Assembly: GCF_051201565.1 (NCBI RefSeq)
Contig: NZ_CP179200.1
Location: forward strand, 480,001-512,000
Source: Pseudothioglobus sp. nBUS_23
GTDB lineage: Bacteria > Pseudomonadota > Gammaproteobacteria > PS1 > Pseudothioglobaceae
Length of the DNA: 32,000 nucleotides
Direction: 5' to 3'
The notes beneath the pieces were generated by a model, which saw nothing but the letters and a program-made list of their open reading frames with translations, was not told the DNA's origin and searched no databases. Positions 9,708-19,019 of the stretch are shown here, piece after piece (position 1 is the stretch's first letter; each line of letters begins with the position of its first letter). The translations under genes and the position numbers were made by a program.

Positions 9708-10817
9708 TTATAAAACCTCTTTAAGGGCCTTCAAGCAGAGCTCTACATTTTCTTTTCTTGATGTGTGCCCCATCAAACCTATTCTCCAAATCTTTCCTGC
9801 TAGGTCTCCAAGTCCAGCCCCTATCTCTATATTAAAGTCGTTAATTAATGAAGAGCGAACTTGGGCGTCATCACTGCCCTCTGGAATGTATACGCTGTTG
9901 AGCTGAGGCAGTCTACTTGACTCATCCACCAAGTAACTAATCCCAAGCTCACTGAGCCCAGCCTTTAGGAGTAGGTGATTTTCTTTGTGACGTGACCAAG
10001 AGTTTTCTAACCCCTCTTCAGTAAGCATGACCAGGGATTCATGGAGGCCATACAGTGTGTTGACTGGTGCAGTGTGATGATAGGCTCGCTTTGCACCCTT
10101 ACCCCAATAACCCATGACTAAGTTTAGATCTAAAAACCAGCTAGTGACAGGTGTTTTGCGATGTGTAAATTTATTTATAGCTTTGTCACTAAAGCTTACA
10201 GGTGATAGCCCTGGCATTGCTGACAAGCATTTTTGTGAGCCGGAATAAATCGCATCAATGCCCCAGTCATCAACCCTTAGTTCAGAGCCAGCCAGAGATG
10301 TTACCGCATCCACAATGGTAAGACAGCTATGTTGTTGAGCTAATTTACAGATACTTTTTGCATCTGATATAGCCCCAGTTGAGGTTTCTGCATGAACAAA
10401 AGCAACAATTTTAGCATCTGGATTATAGATTAAAGCCTGTTCAACTTTTTGAAAATCAACCGGCTTTCCCCATTCATCATTTATGATGACTGCTTCACCT
10501 CCAACGCGAGTGACATTTTCCTTCATGCGTGTTCCAAAAACACCATTGATGCATACAATCACTTTATCACCAGGCTCAACAAGGTTAGCAAAACAGGCCT
10601 CCATACCAGCAGACCCAGGTGCTGAAATAGGCATTGTAAGCTCATTTTCAGTGATGAATGCATACTTCAGCATCTGCTTCGTTTCATCCATCATGTCAAT
10701 AAATGCAGGATCAAGATGACCTATCGTTTGACGAGCCATCGCATTTAAAATTCTTGTGTGAACGTCTGAGGGTCCAGGACCCATCAGTAATCTTTTAGGC
10801 GGTATGAATGATTTCAT
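9708..10817 (-). CDS. Class-V PLP aminotransferase, serine/alanine-glyoxylate aminotransferase (AGXT/SgaA) family
   Basis: 369 aa. N-terminal LLMGPGPS...V, GHLDPAF, and the PLP-lysine context YSGSQKCL are typical of AGXT-family enzymes. It is divergent from glcD. Confidence 0.8.
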   Translation of the reverse strand: MKSFIPPKRLLMGPGPSDVHTRILNAMARQTIGHLDPAFIDMMDETKQMLKYAFITENELTMPISAPGSAGMEACFANLVEPGDKVIVCINGVFGTRMKENVTRVGGEAVIINDEWGKPVDFQKVEQALIYNPDAKIVAFVHAETSTGAISDAKSICKLAQQHSCLTIVDAVTSLAGSELRVDDWGIDAIYSGSQKCLSAMPGLSPVSFSDKAINKFTHRKTPVTSWFLDLNLVMGYWGKGAKRAYHHTAPVNTLYGLHESLVMLTEEGLENSWSRHKENHLLLKAGLSELGISYLVDESSRLPQLNSVYIPEGSDDAQVRSSLINDFNIEIGAGLGDLAGKIWRIGLMGHTSRKENVELCLKALKEVL

Positions 10818-11025
10818 TTTTATATTTAGTAGTTAATTTTTTATTCTTGCTGTTAGTGACGACAATATTTCAAAGCGAATTAAAACAAGATATAATTTTT
10901 TTATAATTATCTTAGATATAAAAAATATTATTAATAATTAAATTCATAACCGCTTGAATTTAATTTTAGATAATTAAGATTTATTTATCTATGATAGAAA
11001 TATCCATAACAATTGAAGGCTCAAC
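10818..11025. promoter_or_regulatory. AT-rich divergent control region between the aminotransferase gene and glcD
   Basis: 208 bp between divergent start codons, so it must hold both promoters. It contains recurring AGATA/TATCT-containing stretches (ATAATTATCTTAGATATAA, TTTTAGATAATTAAGAT). No regulator gene is in the window. Confidence 0.4.
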
Positions 11026-12456
11026 GTGTCAACAATTTCTCAGTTAAAAAAATCACTCCCAAAAAATATAGTCCTTATTGGTGAAGAAAATACTCGCCCT
11101 TTTGAGTGTGATGGGTTGAGTGTTTATAAACAAAAGCCAATGGCAGTCGTTTTGCCTAATGAGGTAGGTCAGGTCAAAAAGGTGTTGGAGATTTGTCGAA
11201 AAAATAAAACTCCTATCGTTACAAGAGGGGCTGGAACTGGCCTGTCAGGCGGCGCAATGCCAATCAAGGATAGTGTTGTTTTAGGGTTATCTAAGTTAAC
11301 CAAAGTGATATCTATTAACCCAGAAGAGTTGACAGCTGTTGTTGAGCCTGGTGTTAGAAATTTAGCTATCAGCGAAGCTGCTGAAGAGTACGACCTCTAT
11401 TATGCGCCAGATCCGTCATCCCAAATTGCTTGCACGATTGGCGGTAATGTTGCTGAAAATGCAGGAGGGGTTCATTGTCTTAAGTATGGGTTAACTATCC
11501 AAAACATTGAATCGATAAAAATATTGACCATAGATGGAGATGAGTTAGTTTTTTCGAGGGATGACGAGGGATTGGGTCTCTTAGCTTTGATGACTGGCTC
11601 AGAGGGTCTGCTTGGAATCATTACTGAAATAACGGTAAAGCTGACTAAAAAACCAGAGGTTGCTAAACTGATTATGGCTGGCTTTGACAGTGTAAGAGAT
11701 TGTGCAAATGGTGTAGCTGAAATTATTAAGAATGGCATTATTCCAGCGGGATTAGAAATGATGGATGAGTTCGCTATTCAGGCGTCAGAGGAGTTTGCAC
11801 AGCCAGGATATCCTTTAGGTTCAAAAGCTTTACTACTTTGTGAGTTAGATGGCTCTGAAGAGTCTGTGATTCCTGACGTTGATACTGTTGTCAGTCTGCT
11901 TTCAAAGGCAAGCTCATTAAGAGTCTCAGAGTCGGAAGATGAGAGGCTCCTGTTATGGAAGGGTAGAAAATCAGCTTTTCCTGCAGTTGGGAGAATATCA
12001 CCCGACTATTATTGTATGGATGGAACAATACCTAAAAGGTATCTAGCCGATGTGTTAGAAAAAATCAATGCCATGTCAAAGCGATTTAACCTCAGAGTAG
12101 CTAATGTCTTTCATGCAGGAGACGGTAACCTCCACCCGTTGATTCTATATGATGCAGGAGTTCCAGGAGAATTAGAAAAGGCTGAGGAGTTTGGAAATGA
12201 AATTCTTAAGCTCTGCATTGAAGTGGGAGGAAGCATCACTGGAGAGCATGGCGTTGGTGTTGAGAAATTAGATGCAATGTGTTTCCAGTATAGTGATGCA
12301 GAACTTGATGTTTTTCATCAAATAAAAGCTGCATTTGATCCGCAGACGCTTTTAAATCCAGGTAAGGCAGTGCCCTCGCTTCATCGGTGCGCTGAATTAG
12401 GAAATATGCATGTTCATCACGGAATTCTTCCACATCCAGAATTAGAGCGATTCTAA
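11026..12456 (+). CDS. glcD: Glycolate oxidase (dehydrogenase) subunit GlcD, FAD-linked
   Basis: 476 aa with a GTG start at 11026 and GAAGG upstream. PFECDGLSVYKQKPMAVVLP matches the E. coli GlcD N-terminal region. FAD-binding RGAGTGLSGGA is present, as is the C-terminal GSITGEHGVGVEK...KAAFDP..LLNPGK. Confidence 0.88.
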   Translation: MSTISQLKKSLPKNIVLIGEENTRPFECDGLSVYKQKPMAVVLPNEVGQVKKVLEICRKNKTPIVTRGAGTGLSGGAMPIKDSVVLGLSKLTKVISINPEELTAVVEPGVRNLAISEAAEEYDLYYAPDPSSQIACTIGGNVAENAGGVHCLKYGLTIQNIESIKILTIDGDELVFSRDDEGLGLLALMTGSEGLLGIITEITVKLTKKPEVAKLIMAGFDSVRDCANGVAEIIKNGIIPAGLEMMDEFAIQASEEFAQPGYPLGSKALLLCELDGSEESVIPDVDTVVSLLSKASSLRVSESEDERLLLWKGRKSAFPAVGRISPDYYCMDGTIPKRYLADVLEKINAMSKRFNLRVANVFHAGDGNLHPLILYDAGVPGELEKAEEFGNEILKLCIEVGGSITGEHGVGVEKLDAMCFQYSDAELDVFHQIKAAFDPQTLLNPGKAVPSLHRCAELGNMHVHHGILPHPELERF

Positions 12457-12458
12457 TT

Positions 12459-13022
12459 ATGAAGACTATCGGAGAACTTCAAAAAAAAGTTAGAAATGCA
12501 AGTCAGCTAAGAATATCAAACTCTATTGACGAGTCTAGCGATGAATTATTAAATATGAAATCATACTCTGGTGTTGTTGAGTACTTTCCAGAAGAATTAG
12601 TTATAACAGTTAAAGCAGGAACATTAATTAAAGACATAAGTCAGACTTTAAGAAAAAAAAATCAAGCGCTGCCTTTCTTTATAAAAGATGAGGAGAAAAC
12701 AATTGGATCTCTCTATGCTACTGCAGGCTCAGATTTGTCAGATAGCGTTTTGGGGGTTCAGATAATCAATGGAAAAGGAGATTTATTAAATTTTGGTGGC
12801 CAAGTTATGAAAAATGTTGCTGGTTATGATGTCTCGAGGCTTTTAGTGGGATCGATGGGTAAGCTTGCAGTTATAACACAAATCAGTTTTAAAGTTTTTC
12901 CTGAGAAATTGGCTCATGAAAGAAGAATTAATCAGCCAAAGAAAATTAATGACTCACCTCTTAGAGAAGAAATAGAACAGAGACTGAAAGATGTATTTGA
13001 CCCTTATGGAGTGTTTGTTTAA
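12459..13022 (+). CDS. glcE: Glycolate oxidase subunit GlcE-like, unusually short (187 aa)
   Basis: It sits between glcD and glcF, as glcE does. It has part of an FAD_binding_4-like core (VITVKAGTLIKDI...LPF, GGQVMKNVAGYDVSRLLVGSMGKLAVITQISFKVFP) and a conserved C-terminal LKDVFDPYGVF. My recollection is that E. coli GlcE is about 350 aa. Confidence 0.7.
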   Translation: MKTIGELQKKVRNASQLRISNSIDESSDELLNMKSYSGVVEYFPEELVITVKAGTLIKDISQTLRKKNQALPFFIKDEEKTIGSLYATAGSDLSDSVLGVQIINGKGDLLNFGGQVMKNVAGYDVSRLLVGSMGKLAVITQISFKVFPEKLAHERRINQPKKINDSPLREEIEQRLKDVFDPYGVFV

Positions 13023-14176
13023 TGTATGCAGATATTAAAAATATCAATATATCAGAGCAAACAAGAGACAAAGCGACTCAAATTATTGAGTCTTGTGTGC
13101 ATTGCGGTTTCTGCTTAGCAACCTGTCCAACCTATCAGCTATTGGGTGATGAGCTAGACTCTCCAAGAGGCAGGATTTATTTAATTAAGTCTGCTTTAGA
13201 GCAAAACCAATTCAGCCTGAAATCATTAAGTCATATGGATCGATGCTTGACGTGTCGTTCATGTGAAACGACTTGTCCGTCAGGTGTAGAGTATGGCCAG
13301 CTTCTTGAAATAGGTCGAGATCTTATGGAATCTAAGAGAGGAAAGTTTCAAGCGCTTTACCGATTTATAGTTAGAAAAACTCTTTTAACCCCGATAATTT
13401 TTAAACCATTGGGTTATTTTTACCGCCACTCAAAGATTACCTCTAAACTGTTAAAACCTAAAAAAATAAACTCTAAAGTTCTTTTAATTTCAGGTTGCGT
13501 TCAGCCTTCACTTGCTCCAAACATCAATCATAGCATCAAGAATATATTAGCTAAGCTGAATATCGAGGTACTAGAATCATCACAGGGGCAATGTTGCGGT
13601 GCACTTGACCAACACCTTGCAGCATCAAGTGATGCCATGAAAAAAGTAAAACAAAATATTGATCGATGGACACACCAACTTGAGTCAGGTGTGGATTCAA
13701 TCATTTCCAGCGCAAGTGGATGTGGTGTGATGATTAAAGATTACCCTAGGCTTTTTAAAAGTTCTGATCCATATTTTCAAAAGGCACTGTTTGTGTCCTC
13801 AAAAACTGAAGATATTGCAGAATTTCTTTCATCTAAAGATTTAAGTGGGCTTCATTTAACAGAATTAAACGTTACTTATCATGAGCCATGTACGATGCAA
13901 CATGGACAACAATTGGGCGGCTTAGTTGAGTCAATACTCTCCCAATTCGGATATACTAAAAAACCAGTCAAAGATTCACATATTTGTTGCGGCTCTGCAG
14001 GTACATACTCAATTTTTGAGACTAAAATATCAAACCAACTCAGAACCAACAAGATTAAACATTTAAATGCTTCAGAACCTAACATGATAGTTACCAGTAA
14101 TATTGGATGCTTGCTGCATCTTCAAAAAGGAAGCTCTATTCCAGTCAAGCATTGGGTGGAACTTTTAGATGTCTAG
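13022..14176 (+). CDS. glcF: Glycolate oxidase iron-sulfur subunit GlcF
   Basis: Its start overlaps the glcE stop (TAATG). Two ferredoxin-type motifs, CVHCGFCLATCP and CLTCRSCETTCP, are followed by two cysteine-rich CCG-type domains (GCVQP...QCCG; EPCT...HICCGSAG). Confidence 0.88.
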   Translation: MYADIKNINISEQTRDKATQIIESCVHCGFCLATCPTYQLLGDELDSPRGRIYLIKSALEQNQFSLKSLSHMDRCLTCRSCETTCPSGVEYGQLLEIGRDLMESKRGKFQALYRFIVRKTLLTPIIFKPLGYFYRHSKITSKLLKPKKINSKVLLISGCVQPSLAPNINHSIKNILAKLNIEVLESSQGQCCGALDQHLAASSDAMKKVKQNIDRWTHQLESGVDSIISSASGCGVMIKDYPRLFKSSDPYFQKALFVSSKTEDIAEFLSSKDLSGLHLTELNVTYHEPCTMQHGQQLGGLVESILSQFGYTKKPVKDSHICCGSAGTYSIFETKISNQLRTNKIKHLNASEPNMIVTSNIGCLLHLQKGSSIPVKHWVELLDV

Positions 14177-15491
14177 AAGAAGAAAATTTAAAGCCAAGAT
14201 TTATGAAATTGAGATTGAATCTCTTTCGCACGAAGGAAGGGGCATCTCTCATATCGATAATAAAGTCATATTTACTAGAGGAGCGCTGCCTGGTGAAAAG
14301 GTTGTTGCTTCAAGGACCCTATCTCGCGCAAAATACGAGGAGGCTGATGTTGTAGAAGTTATTGATTCCTCAAAGGATAGAATTGAACCAAAGTGCTCAG
14401 TATATGGGATATGTGGTGGATGCTCATTTCAACACCTGTCGAGTCATAATCAAATCAATGCAAAAAATGATTGGCTTCAAAGCGCCTTTCTTGGTCAGGC
14501 AAAAGTACAGCCGAAAGAGTGGTTAGAGCCAATTCAAGTTGAAAGCTGGGGCTATCGCAGAAAGGCTCGTTTAGGGGTTCGTTATGTTGCAAAAAAAGAG
14601 AAAGTTTTAGTTGGCTTCAGAGAACGAAAATCTTCATTTGTAACTGTTATGAGTCGATGTGAAGTTTTACACCCCTCTCTGGGCGATCATCTAGAAGTCC
14701 TATCAGAATGCATTCAATCCTTAAGCATTAAAGAGCATGTCCCGCAGATTGAAGTGGCGATTGCTGAACAAGATACAATTCTGATATTAAGACACCTTCA
14801 GCCTCTAAATGATAATGATGAGAAGGTTCTAGATCAGTACGCGCAAAAATTATCCATAACTTGGTACCTTCAGAGTGGAGGTTTAGAAACAATTAAGCCT
14901 TTAAATGATTCAGCTCTGCTGACTTATACAATACCAAATCACTCTATTGAGATGACATTTCTTCCTAATGATTTCACTCAGGTCAACTTTGAGCTAAATA
15001 AAAAAATGATTGATCTTGCACTAGATCTGCTCCAATTAAACGAAAGTGACGATGTGATTGATCTGTTCTGTGGCCTGGGTAACTTTACACTCCCAATCTC
15101 AAGGTATGTGAATAGTGTTGTAGGTATAGAAGGGGATAAGGGGCTTGTCGAGAGAGCAAAAGAAAACGCTAAAGCAAACGATATTGCTAATGCATCATTT
15201 TACAAGGCTGACCTCTTTGAAGATGTTTCAGGATTTGAATGGTTCAGAGGAAAAAAATATAATAAAGCATTGATTGATCCAGCAAGAACAGGCGCGATTG
15301 AAATTGTTGAGCTCTTACCTAAGCTCAAAGTTGAGAGGCTAGTCTATGTGTCATGCAACCCAGCCACCTTGGCAAGAGATACAGCAAAGCTAATTGATTT
15401 AGGATTCTCTTTAGAGAGTGCAGGTGTGATGGATATGTTTCCTCAGACTGCTCATGTGGAGTCAATTGCACTTTTCATTAGAAAAAAATGA
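14169..15491 (+). CDS. rlmD: 23S rRNA (uracil1939-C5)-methyltransferase
   Basis: 440 aa. N-terminal TRAM-like region (IESLSHEGRGISH), Fe-S cysteine motif CSVYGICGGCSFQH, SAM motif DLFCGLGNFTLP, and the catalytic-region C-terminus YVSCNPATLARD. It overlaps the glcF end by 8 nt. Confidence 0.88.
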   Translation: MSRRRKFKAKIYEIEIESLSHEGRGISHIDNKVIFTRGALPGEKVVASRTLSRAKYEEADVVEVIDSSKDRIEPKCSVYGICGGCSFQHLSSHNQINAKNDWLQSAFLGQAKVQPKEWLEPIQVESWGYRRKARLGVRYVAKKEKVLVGFRERKSSFVTVMSRCEVLHPSLGDHLEVLSECIQSLSIKEHVPQIEVAIAEQDTILILRHLQPLNDNDEKVLDQYAQKLSITWYLQSGGLETIKPLNDSALLTYTIPNHSIEMTFLPNDFTQVNFELNKKMIDLALDLLQLNESDDVIDLFCGLGNFTLPISRYVNSVVGIEGDKGLVERAKENAKANDIANASFYKADLFEDVSGFEWFRGKKYNKALIDPARTGAIEIVELLPKLKVERLVYVSCNPATLARDTAKLIDLGFSLESAGVMDMFPQTAHVESIALFIRKK

Positions 15492-15533
15492 GCTTAGAGT
15501 ATCATTAATATAGAAAACTTTATAGGAAGCAAT

Positions 15534-15947
15534 ATGAGTTATAAGAGAAACCTCCTGCCAAAAATGGCAGTTGAGAGAATGAATGAGAATCCAGAGGCTG
15601 TTTTGATTGATGTCAGGACGAGAGCCGAACATAAGTACGTAGGGTTTCCGGATAACTCAATTCTTATTCCTTGGTTTGATGAGCCAGATTTAGAGTCTGA
15701 CCCAGATGCTTTTTATAACTCTGTAATTGATGCACTGAGCGATCGAAGTGACGCCATGGATACAGAACTTATTCTTATTTGTAGGAGTGGATTCAGGTCT
15801 AATGAGGCATTAAAGTGTCTACAAAGTAAAGGTTTTACGTGTGTATCTCATGTAGCTAGTGGTTTTGAGGGAGACTTGGATGAGAACGACCATCGTGGAA
15901 ACCTAAATGGCTGGAGAAATGATGGTATGCCTTGGTCTCAAGGCTAA
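15534..15947 (+). CDS. Rhodanese-domain sulfurtransferase-like protein
   Basis: 137 aa. LIDVRTRAEH, active-site loop CRSGFRS, and C-terminal GW...G.PW. Confidence 0.8.
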   Translation: MSYKRNLLPKMAVERMNENPEAVLIDVRTRAEHKYVGFPDNSILIPWFDEPDLESDPDAFYNSVIDALSDRSDAMDTELILICRSGFRSNEALKCLQSKGFTCVSHVASGFEGDLDENDHRGNLNGWRNDGMPWSQG

Positions 15948-18115
15948 ACAATTTCTAGCTTAGCATAGGAGCTAATGAGCCACTTCGTGCCTACTTTCTG
16001 AAACTTTATTTGAAGTCGCATTGAGTCCCCACTCCCCTCATAGTTGAGTATGGTTCCTATTCCAAATTTAGCATGACTGACAAGCTGGCCAATAGCGTAT
16101 TTGGAATCTGTAGAGCTTGATACCATTTTTTGGGGAGGATTCTTAACATCTTCAAATGATGTTATTAAACTATCACTATTGGGATTTTTAATATAGTTTA
16201 AAAAGTTCCTGGGGATTTCATCCAAAAATCTTGAGTTTATCGAGTAGAAAGATTGTCCATGAATGAAGCGTCTACTGGCATAAGAAAGAGTTAGTGAAGA
16301 CATTGCTCTTGTCATTCCAACATAACAGAGCCTTCTTTCTTCATCTAGTAAGTGAGGCTCATCCTTGCTCTGCCTTGAAGGGAATAAATCTTCCTCTAGT
16401 CCTACTAAGAAAACTACCGGAAACTCTAACCCCTTTGCAGAGTGAACGGTCATGAGTTGAACGCACTCATCATTGCTTGGTTTAGAGTCACCGCTGGAAT
16501 CAAGCGTTGCAAGCGCAATGAATCCTTCAGTTTCACTCATTTCACTCTCTTCTTCATGAATATACTGCTTGGCAGCGGTGACTAGTTCTTCTAGATTTTC
16601 TTTTTTACTGCCAGCTTTATCTGTTTTATCATTTAAGTAATGATTCATGAGCCCTGACTGAATCAGAATACTGTCAACTTTCTCGCTTAGATCAAGATTA
16701 TTGACGCCGTCTCTCATGGACTCAATCAAGTGAATAAAGTTCGTTAGTGCATTGGATGCTCTCGAGGGAAGAGAGTTTTTAATTGATATAGAGGATTGAA
16801 ATAAATCTGTATGGTTTTCAACTGAATGTGACCTTATTTTTTCAATTGTTGATAAGCCAATTCCGCGAGTCGGGAAATTAACAATCCTCTCAAAAGCGAT
16901 ATTGTCAGAAGTATTTTCAATAAGTCGAACGTAGCCCATTGCATCTTTAATTTCAGCTCTTTCAAAAAAACGTAACCCACCATAAATTCTGTAATTGATG
17001 TTTCTTTTGATTAGGGCTTCCTCAAAAACCCTTGACTGAGCATTAGATCTGTAAAGTATGGCGCACTCATTTAGATTTCTGCCTTGATTAAACTGATTTT
17101 CAATTTCACTAACGACATATTGAGACTCTTCTGTTTCAGTTCTAGCATTGAAAACATTAATCAAATCACCATCACCAGACTCTGTCCAGAGCGACTTTTC
17201 AAGTCGATTTTGATTATTAGCAATCAGTGCATTTGAGGCACTTAAAATGTTCCCTGTGGATCGATAGTTTTGTTCAAGTTTGATGACTTCTATGGGTTTA
17301 AAGTCATTCTCTATTTTTTGAATGTTTTCAATTCTAGCCCCTCTCCAGCCATAGATAGACTGGTCATCATCACCCACACAGAAGATATGATTGCTATCAT
17401 TATGAAGGATTTTGATAAATTGGTATTGAATTCGATTGGTATCTTGGAACTCATCAACCAGAATATGTTTAAATTTATTTTGATAATGTTCTAATAATTT
17501 TTGATTATCTTTGAGTAACTCATAACTCTTCACTAAAAGGCCTGCAAAATCGACCAAATCATTTGCTTGGCAGTGCCTTTCATAAAGATCAAATACTTTA
17601 GCGCTTTGTTTGACAAAAAAATTATATCCCACATCAATATCTTGCGGCTTGATCCCCTCGTCTTTTTGCTGATTGATAAACCATTGTATTTTTCTGATAG
17701 GAAACTTACTTTCATCTATTGCATTTTCCTTCATCAAACGCTTAATAATCCTGTACTGATCCTGAGCATCAAGAATTTGAAAGGTGGGTGATAGATTTGC
17801 CTCAATTGCATGAGTTCTTATGAGTCGATGCGCAAGAGAATGAAAAGTTCCAACCCACATTCTACCTATTGGCTGATATAAAAGTTCAGTCAGCCTCTCT
17901 TTCATTTCATTTGCAGCCTTATTGGTAAAGGTAACTGCAAGAATATCATCAGTATGGTGATTCTTTTCAGATACAAGGTATTGAATCCTATGAGTCAAAA
18001 CACGTGTCTTTCCGCTGCCTGCCCCGGCAAGAATTAAAGCATTGATGTCTTCGGACAAGGTCACGGATTGACGCTGCTTTTCATTGAGTCCATCTGCTAT
18101 TGGCGGTGAAATCAT
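15944..18115 (-). CDS. uvrD: DNA helicase II (SF1A)
   Basis: 723 aa, collinear with my recollection of E. coli UvrD: LNEKQRQSV, LAGAGSGKTRVLTHRI, VTFTNKAANEM, VDEFQDTN, VGDDDQSIYGWRGA, LEQNYRST, YRSNAQSR, TVHSAKGLEFP, RRLCYVGMTRA, and the C-terminal HAKFGIGTILNYEGSG...LQIKF. Confidence 0.93.
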   Translation of the reverse strand: MISPPIADGLNEKQRQSVTLSEDINALILAGAGSGKTRVLTHRIQYLVSEKNHHTDDILAVTFTNKAANEMKERLTELLYQPIGRMWVGTFHSLAHRLIRTHAIEANLSPTFQILDAQDQYRIIKRLMKENAIDESKFPIRKIQWFINQQKDEGIKPQDIDVGYNFFVKQSAKVFDLYERHCQANDLVDFAGLLVKSYELLKDNQKLLEHYQNKFKHILVDEFQDTNRIQYQFIKILHNDSNHIFCVGDDDQSIYGWRGARIENIQKIENDFKPIEVIKLEQNYRSTGNILSASNALIANNQNRLEKSLWTESGDGDLINVFNARTETEESQYVVSEIENQFNQGRNLNECAILYRSNAQSRVFEEALIKRNINYRIYGGLRFFERAEIKDAMGYVRLIENTSDNIAFERIVNFPTRGIGLSTIEKIRSHSVENHTDLFQSSISIKNSLPSRASNALTNFIHLIESMRDGVNNLDLSEKVDSILIQSGLMNHYLNDKTDKAGSKKENLEELVTAAKQYIHEEESEMSETEGFIALATLDSSGDSKPSNDECVQLMTVHSAKGLEFPVVFLVGLEEDLFPSRQSKDEPHLLDEERRLCYVGMTRAMSSLTLSYASRRFIHGQSFYSINSRFLDEIPRNFLNYIKNPNSDSLITSFEDVKNPPQKMVSSSTDSKYAIGQLVSHAKFGIGTILNYEGSGDSMRLQIKFQKVGTKWLISSYAKLEIV

Positions 18116-18126
18116 ACTGCAGTAAT

Positions 18127-18654
18127 CTAATTAAGTGGTGAGATATATTTATTAAGGTCTTCCACTGTGATCTCTCCCATAAAGGTTTGCAATAGTTCAC
18201 CTTTAGGACTGTAAATTATGGTTGTAGGCATGCCGATAATCTCTCCAAATTTATTGAACTCAGTGTCATTAATATGACTATATAGAATGATTGGATAGTT
18301 GATAGAAAAACGCTCAACGAATTCATTAATTACTTCAATATTAACGGGCTCAAAATCCAAACCCAGAATTTCAACATGCTCAGAGTTTTCTTTATAGAAT
18401 TCTACAAATGCTGGTATCTCTTTCAAACAAGGGGTACACCACGAAGCCCAGAAATTAATGACTAAATACTTACCCTTCGTATTTTTTTCAGTAAAGATGT
18501 TTCCTTTGGTATCTCTCAGTTCAAAGGTAAGCTCTGAGACAGATTCATACCAGGGCATTAGCTTCTTCACAGAGTCCATTACTTCACCAAAACTTAGCGC
18601 TTGGCTTGTATGAAAAGGAGCAATCAGGAGGAGTATAATAAGATATTTTTTCAT
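18127..18654 (-). CDS. Secreted TlpA/ResA-like thiol:disulfide oxidoreductase (thioredoxin fold)
   Basis: Signal peptide MKKYLIILLLIAPFHTSQA. Redox motif FWASWCTPCLKEIP. Length of 175 aa. Confidence 0.85.
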   Translation of the reverse strand: MKKYLIILLLIAPFHTSQALSFGEVMDSVKKLMPWYESVSELTFELRDTKGNIFTEKNTKGKYLVINFWASWCTPCLKEIPAFVEFYKENSEHVEILGLDFEPVNIEVINEFVERFSINYPIILYSHINDTEFNKFGEIIGMPTTIIYSPKGELLQTFMGEITVEDLNKYISPLN

Positions 18655-18665
18655 GAATAATTACT

Positions 18666-19013
18666 ATGAGTGCTAAGATTTATCACAATGCCCGCTGCTC
18701 AAAATCAAGAGCAACTGTTGCTATTTTAGAACAAAATGATGTGGACTTTGAGGTTGTTAATTATCTTGTTAGCCCGCCTAGTGAATCAGAACTTAAGTCA
18801 TTAATAAATGACCTTAATATTGGAGCTAGAGATCTTCTTCGTAAAGGAGAGGCTAAATTTAAAGAGCTCGGTCTATCGGATAAGTCACTAAGTGAAGACC
18901 ATCTTATAAAATCAATGTTAGAGTTCCCTATATTAATCGAGAGACCTATCGTTCGAACAGAAAAAGGGGTTGCTATCGGAAGGCCTCCTGAAAACGTCAA
19001 TTCAATTCTTTAA
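18666..19013 (+). CDS. arsC: Arsenate reductase, glutaredoxin-coupled ArsC family
   Basis: 115 aa. IYHNARCSKSR (catalytic Cys context), LLRK, ILIERPIV and GRPPE all align with E. coli/R773 ArsC-type proteins. Confidence 0.75.
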   Translation: MSAKIYHNARCSKSRATVAILEQNDVDFEVVNYLVSPPSESELKSLINDLNIGARDLLRKGEAKFKELGLSDKSLSEDHLIKSMLEFPILIERPIVRTEKGVAIGRPPENVNSIL

Positions 19014-19019
19014 AGCTAT

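Noticed and set aside
12459-13022. The short glcE as a pseudogene.
   Set aside because: The ORF is intact and has conserved N- and C-terminal landmarks. It is start/stop-coupled to both neighbours, and no flanking out-of-frame remnants of a longer gene are visible. It is reported instead as a possibly functional minimal subunit.
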